DNA of 64,000 nucleotides from a virus (IMGVR_UViG_3300028591_000013:1-64000); one strand, 5' to 3'. Shown: positions 48,022 to 56,866, counted from the first letter of the stretch. Notes: generated from the letters alone by a model not told the origin. Translations and numbers: made by a program.

Positions 48022-50303
48022 ATTTATGTCCTTTTTGATATCGTCAGTGATTGACTAACGACATAAATGATACATATGTCCTCTCGGCTCGGACGTTGCC
48101 ATAAAAAATTACTACAATTCTCTCTTCAGGCTGGCTACTGTCATTATTGGCTGTACAAGATATAGTGTTTCTTATTTTGTTCTTAATCTGGTTGTGCTAT
48201 GCATATGGGAAGCGCGTTTACTTTACACACATAGTTATCAATATATTCCTCATACATCCCCTGCGAACAGGTCGTGAAAGTCATGATAACGGAGGGCCAA
48301 ACGGTATGGCACAGAATATCCATCAGTGTGAAAGGACCAAAAGCGCTAAATGCCAAGATGTGCAATCAAGCACCAAAAACGAAACACAATATTGAGTTTG
48401 GTAATATTTTGTCGAATCATATTTCCCATGCGGTACTAATCCGACGGAAGTTTGTTCGTTGGCAGCATTCCATTGACTAATGCTCAAGGCAAAATTTCAA
48501 TATTGGCTACTGTTCATAGAACTCAATAAAGTGCAGTTGGTTTTCGAGTATTTACCAAATATTTCTAAAACTTACTGCCTTACTGTTGTGACCCGGTCTT
48601 GCGATACCGAGTTAGGCACAGCTACCCCTGTTCTGGTTTTAAAGTGGTCAGAACAATCAATACCCCACCGTTTAGTTTATCAGCTTTTGGCATCTCAGGC
48701 TAAATCTAACCTGTTCATTATCGGACATGACCTAGGAGCTCCAAAACTCCATCATGGATCTACGGCTTTTTACTGTACATTCAGCTTTGCTGCTGGCTTC
48801 TGTTTATAGTGCACGAATACTGGAGGAATTCCACCTCATACGCTATAAGATTTATCACCCACTTAATGTTCCGCTTCATCGGTTTGCAGTAGTACTAACT
48901 CCATTACAGAGGTTTCATACTGTTCACTTTACCCCTCCGAGACAGGGAGGTGACTTCACTTCGCGATAAGCTGCCTTGCATCGTTTGCGTATATTGCTTC
49001 ATAGACTAAGCCGATTAGTTAGATTTGCAGTCTAACCCCTAACTATTATCTATCCTGCTACTTGCTTCTCAGGAACGGTTGGCACTCGGTTCTCTATCAT
49101 ACGTCTAAAATGGCTATGTTTCTTCAATACAACAGAAGGACACTTTTCTAAGGCGTTGAACATAACGTAATAGATTTCATAGAGGGACATCCAATTTTGT
49201 TTAATAATGTTAATTATCACACACTCGATTATTTTCACATAGTTTATCCTTATGCAATCAAGCTATACCGCACATGAGTTTACTACTCTCACTGATATAG
49301 TACAGCAGTGTTGCGAACTATGTTATTATCTTCTCGTGTCGAGCGATCTCCGTATATACTGGAGTGTATAAACTTCGAATCGACCCTAATGTAAGTTTGA
49401 ATACTTGAGTTTTGACTGTCAGGTTGTCATCCTTCGACTCCAGCATTTCCTCTGGTACATCTCCAATCTATATTACTTAACTATCGCTTACCATAGTCTT
49501 TCATAACTTTAGAATAGTCTTACTCGCGGACTTCACTCGCGTGGCATTCAAGCATCAATGCCCTACTTCGCCATAGGTAGCGCCATCTACCTAGCGGTCA
49601 TTTTCTCTTTTATATACCGAATAAACGACCAAAAGCTCATCGGTTGTCTTCATCACATTTTCCTCAGTACCCCATCCCCGGTGACCCAGTGGGACCGTAG
49701 CCTCAAAGGTGGTCATCTAGTAATCGAAACTAGAAGGATTTCTTCAAGGACCGTAGTTACGGTACGGCGTAGATTGTCAAGCCATCTACTTGGCTAATAT
49801 GCTCAGACTCGTCCCTCAATGCAGGTTTTGGAGACCTGTGACACTAGACTACAGCTAATTGTGAATTGATACATCATCCTACGTTGTGGCATATTTCGGA
49901 TGTTCAGCTCGTGTAACGTGATTTTACTACTATGTATCATTATAGTAAATCTATCGATACGGTTCAGTTTAGAGCTACTTTGAGATTACTCTCATTTCGT
50001 TTTACTCTGTGCGTCTTCCTTACTAATATCCCTCACTTCACGAGTCTGGCAAACGCATAAAGAACGTTGCTGGTATATATTAGTGTTGGGGTCTGATACA
50101 GACGCTCTCCCCACTTACTATGAACTTTTCTGTGTAGAGTATAGTTACACATCATAGCATTTCATCCTACCTTTTGGGTTTCTCACCTGTTGAGCAGGCT
50201 AACATATTCTCGGATCAAGTATATACTCTTGCGCGCCCGGCTAATGAGACCGTTTACATGGCGCTGACGGGTTGCCAAAACTGGCTAGGAAGCCAGTGAA
50301 TCC
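48022..50303 (-). ncRNA. Candidate giant structured non-coding region (about 2.3 kb)
   Basis: No credible sense-strand ORF; dense short and nested inverted repeats. Strand assumed from flanking genes. Confidence 0.45.
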
Positions 50304-50798
50304 TCACTGGCCTCCCACCCCGGAGTGATTGTCGTTTTTGGAGTATACAATCTCATCGTCGACAATGAGCTGTATAGATGTAGCTTTAGAAGCTACAACA
50401 GAGTCCTTGGGCTGCTCCTCACGACCCATTGTACTGTTGTTACTCAGAGCAAGCTTCATACTGTCTGGATTGACAGCCAAAGGATGCATTCCTGAGTCAC
50501 GTGCTGTAGTACGATCAGCAACGTCTTTATAACGAGTCTTCCAACGTATTTTGGTTTCCCATCGTACGCTATCAATGATATTGATAGAGTCTTTGACCTT
50601 GGGAGATTCGCGCGAGAGTCTCTTATCCAGATCGAACTGGACGTCGAGTGGCAATCCTGGTCTATCGAAAACGATAGGCTGTGGCACAGGTTGCGCCATC
50701 GCGACCTTGTTGCTAGGGAACTGGAAGTTCTGAAACGCGGTTGCACAACCGAGAATCATCATAGCAACGCAACAGATAATTGTTGTTAATCGTCTCAT
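50304..50798 (-). CDS. Putative exported protein or lipoprotein, 164 aa
   Basis: MRRLTTIICCVAMMILGC signal peptide / lipobox-like N-terminus. Confidence 0.7.
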   Translation of the reverse strand: MRRLTTIICCVAMMILGCATAFQNFQFPSNKVAMAQPVPQPIVFDRPGLPLDVQFDLDKRLSRESPKVKDSINIIDSVRWETKIRWKTRYKDVADRTTARDSGMHPLAVNPDSMKLALSNNSTMGREEQPKDSVVASKATSIQLIVDDEIVYSKNDNHSGVGGQ

Positions 50799-50840
50799 AC
50801 TTTGATAGCATTACTAGGCGAATACATAATCGCGAATTCC

Positions 50841-50888
50841 GCGGACAAAAGGCGTAACGCGCTCCTTAATCCGCTTTATGAGTTTTTT
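50841..50888 (-). other. Predicted -1 ribosomal frameshift signal
   Basis: In-frame A AAA AAC (50888-50882), 7-nt spacer, then hairpin GCGGAT…GTCCGC (50874-50841). Confidence 0.6.
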
Positions 50889-52303
50889 GACTCGCCCTCA
50901 CTTTCATCGGCCTTCTTCTCTACAGTGCCAAATTCGATAAGATTGCTCTCAGAGTAATCATCGCTCTTAGCAAGAGGAGAACTGAACATATTCAGGATAA
51001 TACCAGCACGCTGCTGAACGTTCAACAGAGCAGACTCAAACTCCAGCTCAGGAATCTCCACATCACTGTAATAAGTGTTGAAGATCTCCTTCTTTATAGC
51101 GCAAGCACTAATATAATTAGCGTTGGTCTTATCGTTATAAATAGCGATGAAGTTGTCTACAACGTCGAACGACGGGTCTGTTACCAGAGAGATCATACCA
51201 GTGAAGTGTGCAATAGCACTCTTCAGACCAGCAATCTTCTTGGTCTCAGTTTCGATACCCTTGGCATTAGCCTTCTCATCCTTCTTCAGGACTTTGATGT
51301 TCTCTTCCTTAGCCTTTATGGCTTCACTCATCTCTGCGTTCTTTGCAGAAACATACCATACGATAAGCACGCGAACCAACGATGCAATCGTCGCATCATC
51401 ATACTTATACTGCTTGGTCTTCTTATTGTAGAGACAGTTCTTGAATCCACAGAAGGCAGGAATAACACTGTTAGCATCTTCTGCGAGAGTGCACAGACGC
51501 TTGCCGAATCCCGTAAGCACAAAGGTCGGTTTGACCATTGTAATAACGTCCTGAAGGAGAGCAGCGAGATCGAGCTCGTGCACCTTAGCAAGTTCAGCTT
51601 CCGAGTTCTCGGCATTAGAGGCGCGGAATTCCTTATAGGATCTGTAGAACTGAGCTGTTGTGATAAGACGCTCAATCGGATTAGTGATCGCGGGGTTAAG
51701 GAGTTGAAACTCAAGCGCCTCCTTCAACTGATCATCAGTCTCAATCTTAGTGTGGTCCTTGGTATAATCCTTATTCTTAGCGTTCTCTATCGCAGCATGT
51801 TCAGCTTTCTTCTTCTCCTTTGCCTCTTTGGTTATATTCTTATCTTCGATCTGCAACATCACCTGATTAGGTGCTGCACTAAGACCAGCCTGTGCGAGCT
51901 GTTCTTTCGTAGGCTTCGGAAGGGACTCATAGCTGGGTACGTTAACACCCATGTCCTTTGCAAGAGGTACAAATACACCCTCATAGTTAGCCTTATTGAT
52001 AGTAAGAATACTTCCAACTGGGTTCTTGCGAATCACTACCTCTGTTAAAGTAGTGTCAAGAAACAGAGCATCCTCAAGAAGCGTAAGAGCCTTATACTTC
52101 TCAGGGTTGTTCTCATTATTCTTCAGCATCTCATCCTTTCTATGCTGAGCATACCCGATCATGTCAGCTTTGTGATTCTGATCAAGACCGCTGGGAATAC
52201 CAGGGATCTCAACCTTTGCCTCAGTAGTAGCAGGAACAGTATCTTCCTTCTTTTCTACCACAGGAGCTTCTACTTCGGGCATTTTTTTCTTGTCTTTTGC
52301 CAT
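50876..52303 (-). CDS. Hypothetical protein, 475 aa (possible frameshift-extended isoform to 50814/50811)
   Basis: Long clean ORF with high-expression-type codon usage. Confidence 0.85.
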   Translation of the reverse strand: MAKDKKKMPEVEAPVVEKKEDTVPATTEAKVEIPGIPSGLDQNHKADMIGYAQHRKDEMLKNNENNPEKYKALTLLEDALFLDTTLTEVVIRKNPVGSILTINKANYEGVFVPLAKDMGVNVPSYESLPKPTKEQLAQAGLSAAPNQVMLQIEDKNITKEAKEKKKAEHAAIENAKNKDYTKDHTKIETDDQLKEALEFQLLNPAITNPIERLITTAQFYRSYKEFRASNAENSEAELAKVHELDLAALLQDVITMVKPTFVLTGFGKRLCTLAEDANSVIPAFCGFKNCLYNKKTKQYKYDDATIASLVRVLIVWYVSAKNAEMSEAIKAKEENIKVLKKDEKANAKGIETETKKIAGLKSAIAHFTGMISLVTDPSFDVVDNFIAIYNDKTNANYISACAIKKEIFNTYYSDVEIPELEFESALLNVQQRAGIILNMFSSPLAKSDDYSESNLIEFGTVEKKADESEGESKNS

Positions 52304-52400
52304 TTTTGATAAATGTTTGATGTTAATTACTTAGGATTGGCTAAATCCCTTAACTGTAGCCATAATCTTTTTGGGTGTGTTCTGATGTGTGACTTGTCAG

Positions 52401-52787
52401 TCATGAATCATTAAAGAACATTTGCCAAGTTGGTTGTCCACGAGCAGATGTGTGGACTTTACTCAAGACATTGTTGCTCAGATTGACATAATCATCCTTA
52501 CTCACAGGCTTCGGGGATTTCTCCCGCAGGGTTGCTGAAAGAGCAACGTCTGTCACTGTGGTAAATACGCACGGCGTACCTTCCAGCACCTGTGTGGGCA
52601 TAGTGTCAATCATAACAACTTTGTCTTGTTTCTTTTCGCTGCTCATTGTATTAGACACGATAGTGCCTGCAACAAATGCTCCTGTAAAAGAGATGAACAG
52701 CTTCCAGAACAGCGCCTCATCGCGGTTATAGCGAGCTATACCGATACATGTAGCCAGTCCTGCTAAGAACCAAAATAAAGTCATCAT
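52401..52787 (-). CDS. Membrane protein with 2 TM segments, 128 aa
   Basis: Two N-terminal hydrophobic helices; ATGA-coupled to the sigma factor gene. Confidence 0.75.
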   Translation of the reverse strand: MMTLFWFLAGLATCIGIARYNRDEALFWKLFISFTGAFVAGTIVSNTMSSEKKQDKVVMIDTMPTQVLEGTPCVFTTVTDVALSATLREKSPKPVSKDDYVNLSNNVLSKVHTSARGQPTWQMFFNDS

Positions 52788-53341
52788 AATTTTAATTTTT
52801 TTAATTGTTTACGTCTCCGAGAGAGATGTGATTTTATCGTACCCTCTGGGATTTTGAGAATATTACTAATCTCACTTACTGTTAAGTTGTCTATGTAATG
52901 CAGTTCGAAGACTTTACGGACGTCTTCTGGGAACCGATTAAACTCTTCGAGTATTTGATTATAGGTAATCTCGTCGACGGTGGATTCCCCATAATCTACT
53001 TCCTGAGCGATATCAAAGACACAAGGTCCTGAACTCTCAGGCACACACACGGTTGGTTTAAGTTTACGCAGATAATCAACAGCAGTACGGTTAGTCAGCA
53101 CACGTAGCCATCCTCCAAATGAGGAATAGTCTACGAATTTAGAGAGTTTTTTGTAAACCTTATCCCAGACAATATTGTTAATCTCTCTGGCCTCATCGTA
53201 ATCTTTGAGGTATTTGTACAAAATGTTCGTTGTGAACTTCTCATACTTATGATAAAGTTTATCAAACGCAGGCATGTAGCCTGCTTGAGCACTTTTGATA
53301 AGAGCTATTTCTTCTTCAGTAATCTTCGGATTCTTAGCCAT
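52784..53341 (-). CDS. ECF-type RNA polymerase sigma-70 factor
   Basis: AFDKLYHKY…FGGWLRVLTNRTAVDYLRK (region 2); VFELHYIDNLTVSEISNILKIPEGTIKSHLSR (region 4 HTH). Confidence 0.9.
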   Translation of the reverse strand: MAKNPKITEEEIALIKSAQAGYMPAFDKLYHKYEKFTTNILYKYLKDYDEAREINNIVWDKVYKKLSKFVDYSSFGGWLRVLTNRTAVDYLRKLKPTVCVPESSGPCVFDIAQEVDYGESTVDEITYNQILEEFNRFPEDVRKVFELHYIDNLTVSEISNILKIPEGTIKSHLSRRRKQLKKLKL

Positions 53342-53398
53342 ATCAAACAAATTTAACCGGTTATTAAGGTGTCACTCCTGTAACAGACGGTGCTGTAT

Positions 53399-53475
53399 TG
53401 CGCCAATACCAGATTCGAACTGATATATACATACCCTAGGATACGTATGTTTTGCTCTATTAAACTAATCGACTC
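53399..53475 (-). ncRNA. tRNA-like element with CUA at the tip of an elongated anticodon arm
   Basis: Acceptor GAGTCGAT/ATTGGCGC; D-arm GTTT…AAAC; arm TACGTAT-CCTAGG-GTATGTA; T-arm ATCAG-TTCGAAT-CTGGT. Confidence 0.55.
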
Positions 53476-53602
53476 GGTGATTACTATTTCACCTATTGCG
53501 CAATTTGAGTAGCGGGTAAGGTACACACCATTAAATCACACTCTTTCAGTGATGCTACTCATTGTGGGCTGTTGCTATCAAAAGCTACCTAGAAGGACAG
53601 CC

Positions 53603-54037
53603 CTAGAATGGAAGATCCTCATTTACAACAAGAATATTCTCATTCCGTAAATTTTCACAAAGATTCATATGTATCCTAGTTGCAATATATTTGTTTACAC
53701 GGCCTTTATCAACCAGTCCATATAACATACTTGTTGCAATTCTCAATCGCACATCAAGTGTTTGATAGGATTGTATTCCTATCTCTAATGTTATTTTCCT
53801 GTTGACCCATTTTAGCCAGTATGCTAATTTTGGTTCAGACCATATTGCTTCTATTATATCATAAGAATCCTCGTCATCATTAAATAGAGTTACCATTCTA
53901 GTGGTATTAGCTACGCCAACTGAACCTTGATTGTATGCGATGCGCAGCTGGTCATAGATATCACTTGGTTTCTCTACTTCGGGCAATAGTCCCATTTCGT
54001 AATAGGGACTCAAATAGTTGGTAAATACGCTTATCAT
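53603..54037 (-). CDS. Hypothetical protein ending …EDLPF (TAG stop)
   Basis: Clean ORF; SSB-like C-tail followed by TAG. Confidence 0.7.
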   Translation of the reverse strand: MISVFTNYLSPYYEMGLLPEVEKPSDIYDQLRIAYNQGSVGVANTTRMVTLFNDDEDSYDIIEAIWSEPKLAYWLKWVNRKITLEIGIQSYQTLDVRLRIATSMLYGLVDKGRVNKYIATRIHMNLCENLRNENILVVNEDLPF

Positions 54038-54041
54038 ATCT

Positions 54042-54536
54042 TTATATAAGATTTTCAAAGCTGTTGATAAGGAAGTCACAAAGTTTGTTCACATAAGCAT
54101 TTTTATGTTCACGTATTTTTTGATTATCCTTATTTGTGGGACAGAAATCTTTCAAATGCTCAGATATAATTTTGAGCTTGATTTCAGTAATACTTTTCCC
54201 ACATTTCTTAGAGATATCATACGTATTTTGTATATACGCATGATTTTTACTAAACCAGGATACCCACGTAACTACTGCGTTCCAGCGCTTCGTTTCATTT
54301 TCTGTGAAATTATCCCACAGAATAGTATCCTCAAACTTAAAACCTTCATTAGAATCTAATCCAAGCAATGATCGAGTTGCTTTAAGTCGCTCTTTATTAC
54401 TTTTATAAATCCAAATCCAGTTATTGTACACATGGTCAAGCCATGCATCTGTTACTTTACACCATTTTAATGCAAAGATGACAACCTTCGGAGTCCTATC
54501 ACGAAGCATTTGTCGGTATCCTGTCTTTGTTATCAT
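54042..54536 (-). CDS. Hypothetical protein, 164 aa
   Basis: Clean ORF. Confidence 0.75.
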   Translation of the reverse strand: MITKTGYRQMLRDRTPKVVIFALKWCKVTDAWLDHVYNNWIWIYKSNKERLKATRSLLGLDSNEGFKFEDTILWDNFTENETKRWNAVVTWVSWFSKNHAYIQNTYDISKKCGKSITEIKLKIISEHLKDFCPTNKDNQKIREHKNAYVNKLCDFLINSFENLI

Positions 54537-54638
54537 TGTTATTTAATTAATCTCTTAAGAAAGTTCTTCTACACGGTCCCCTGCGACTTTTACATCAGGA
54601 ACCAGCCTACCCTCCCAAGTTGCCCTCGAAGAACTATG

Positions 54639-54712
54639 TGGACCATGCAGGGCTTGAACCTGCGACCTCCAGATTATGAGTCTGTTGCTCTAACCAACTG
54701 AGCTAAAAGTCC
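54639..54712 (-). tRNA. tRNA(CAU), most likely Ile2
   Basis: GGACTTTTAGCTCAGTTGGTTAGAGCAACAGACTCATAATCTG…GGTTCAAGCC…GGTCCA. Confidence 0.9.
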
Positions 54713-55010
54713 AGATGCAGGCACTTAGGTAGCCTGCTCACCGACTTCACGCTGCCTCCTTGAGGCCCGTGTAGTCAACGATGTTCATATCGCCGTTTAA
54801 TTTTATGTCAAAGCGCTTAATGTCTTTACTTCCTTCGCCCGTCAAAATCCTGTCGAGCCCGGAATGCCCACATGAGGCCTACGAGTGGGCTGCGTAGATA
54901 GTCACCCCTTATTCGCTCTATGTGACAGATAGAACTCGGGACTTGCCGTGGACCCGGAGGGATTCGAACCCTCGTCCGAACGAAATACCTCAGACACGCT
55001 AAGATTTCTT
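54713..55010 (-). ncRNA. ssrA: Circularly permuted two-piece tmRNA
   Basis: Acceptor piece (…GGACGAGGGTTCGAATCCCTCCGGGTCCA, ends 54949) lies upstream of the coding piece (GGGCTCGACAGGATTTTGAC, starts 54860). G3·U70 and A73 present; tag frame 54794-54747 = GDMNIVDYTGLKEAA*. Outer ends approximate. Confidence 0.88.
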
Positions 55011-55223
55011 TAGTTGCAGCTTGTCAAATTGAGTATATGGTTAATACTACTCTGCAACCCAGCTGAATCTCCCAATGATCAGTTGGAAAATCCAATTTAA
55101 GGCTATTTACAGGCTCTTTGACGCGTTTTCTAGCCTCTTGTGGGTAGCGAACCCACTCAAGGATATACGACGCCTCAAATCGCTTATAACGTCACCTTAA
55201 ATGTTCTACATTGACCATGCTCT

Positions 55224-55694
55224 GGCTCAAAGGCTCGCACATAGTATATAGTTCACATTCTTGATATGTTGTGCAGTGTCTATATCTCGTCAATGAGAAT
55301 TCCTTCTAGGAGCACCGGCTCAAAGGCTCGCACACAACAGTGATTTGATCAAATGGTCCAATATATTTTAACAGCGTTGGCTCGCTGCTTACCTGCGGAC
55401 ACGTCTCGCGTAACATAGAAAGGAACTACTAGTTTCTATATAATGTACAAAAATTATATGTAGGCATAACGCTCTCAACACACGCTTCCGGTAAAACCGC
55501 TTTGCTGGTGTATTTATCAGGTTAAATAACCATTTTGAATTCTTATACAAATATATATCCACTAGTAGTATAATTTCCTTTCTCATACTCTGGCTCTAGT
55601 CCAGAATGTCGTTTCATTCGTTTTCACAGACAGGGCCCTCCCATGGTCCGTCCATTCGTTCACATCTGTCTACAGGTACTGGCTCAAAGGCTCG
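55224..55694. repeat. Dispersed repeat GGCTCAAAGGCTCG(CACA), 3 copies
   Basis: Copies at 55224-55241, 55317-55334 and 55681-55694. Confidence 0.75.
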
Positions 55695-55709
55695 GACCTG
55701 TTGCAGGAT

Positions 55710-56204
55710 TTATCGTGCTCCATCGCGAATAGCGGAATTCGCGCGAACGAAGATATCGTCCCAGCTCATACCATACCACTCACCATAGGTCTTCTGCAGT
55801 TCACGCAGACGGGTGCGGCGGGCATCAGCGCAGTCGTTGATCTTCTTCGTACCATCCTTGCCGATCTTGGCGATAGCGTCCTCATACTGAACAGGCGTAG
55901 ATTCACCCTTCATGAGCTTCTCTACTTCAGCCTTCTGGGTCTTCAGCATCTCCTTCAGGACGTCGGCAGTCTCTTCAGCATACTTGAAATCGATGTGACA
56001 GTGGAGGTTCTGATAGTTCGCCTTCTTGATCTTGCGCATCAGCTCATCAGCGCGGCGCTCCTTCTCTTCCTTCTCCATCTTCTCGGTGGCCATGTCGAGG
56101 ACCTCCTGGTCCATCATGTTAGCCTTCTTCAAACTCTCGTCGAGATTACTGGTGGTTACTTCGGCAATCTGCATGCCGTTCTTCTTGTCATTCTTGTTTG
56201 CCAT
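55710..56204 (-). CDS. Coiled-coil hypothetical protein, 164 aa
   Basis: Clean ORF; TATCAAAAA leader. Confidence 0.8.
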   Translation of the reverse strand: MANKNDKKNGMQIAEVTTSNLDESLKKANMMDQEVLDMATEKMEKEEKERRADELMRKIKKANYQNLHCHIDFKYAEETADVLKEMLKTQKAEVEKLMKGESTPVQYEDAIAKIGKDGTKKINDCADARRTRLRELQKTYGEWYGMSWDDIFVRANSAIRDGAR

Positions 56205-56247
56205 AATTTTTGATAAATTTTAGTTGTTATTACTGTGGGTTTCCCCA

Positions 56248-56382
56248 TTATTTAAATCTCCTTGGTTCCCTTGAGATTTCGATTTCTATCTCAATCTCTG
56301 TGCGTTTACGCTTATAGGGAATTGCATTTTGATGGCGCTGGCCTTTTTTACCAACGAACACTTTTCGATAGGTTCTAGACAT
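56248..56382 (-). CDS. Small basic protein, 44 aa
   Basis: MSRTYRKVFVGKKGQRHQNAIPYKRKRTEIEIEIEISREPRRFK; start overlaps the upstream TAG stop. Confidence 0.55.
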   Translation of the reverse strand: MSRTYRKVFVGKKGQRHQNAIPYKRKRTEIEIEIEISREPRRFK

Positions 56383-56866
56383 TCCACAGATCGCTGCTTA
56401 TGTTCAATACGATGTGATAAATCTCATCGTTAAACCCTGTCTCGCGACGCACTTTGTCGCCCACACGAGACATCGCGTAGTCTCTTTTGAGGATTTTTAC
56501 AGCCTCTAAGAGTTGTGGATTGTTTTCCTTTCGGATGGCGTCACAGAACTTTACCGCAAAATCTGCAGCAAAGTGACTAACAGACTTGTTGATACTATCT
56601 TTGCAGATACCTGCAATATATGTAACAGCAAGTTCTTGCTCAGTCAGATTTTCCTCACTTTTGTAAAAGTGCTGGCTGATAACTCCTGACGCGGGTTTTG
56701 CTGCAATTGCTTGTACCAACTCTTTTTCGTTTACGAAATAGATAGATACTTCTTTTTGACAATTACAGCATCCTGACTGTGCCAAGGTATCACAGATGTG
56801 TGACTTTGTCATATCATCTGGTTCTGCACCATCATAGGTTATTACAAGTGCTACTTTTCTACCCAT
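56375..56866 (-). CDS. Hypothetical protein, 163 aa (TAG stop)
   Basis: Clean ORF. Confidence 0.75.
   Translation of the reverse strand: MGRKVALVITYDGAEPDDMTKSHICDTLAQSGCCNCQKEVSIYFVNEKELVQAIAAKPASGVISQHFYKSEENLTEQELAVTYIAGICKDSINKSVSHFAADFAVKFCDAIRKENNPQLLEAVKILKRDYAMSRVGDKVRRETGFNDEIYHIVLNISSDLWNV

Noticed and set aside
55224-55694. CRISPR array
   Set aside because: Repeats are only 14-18 nt, spacing is irregular (about 93 and 364 nt), and there are no cas genes.
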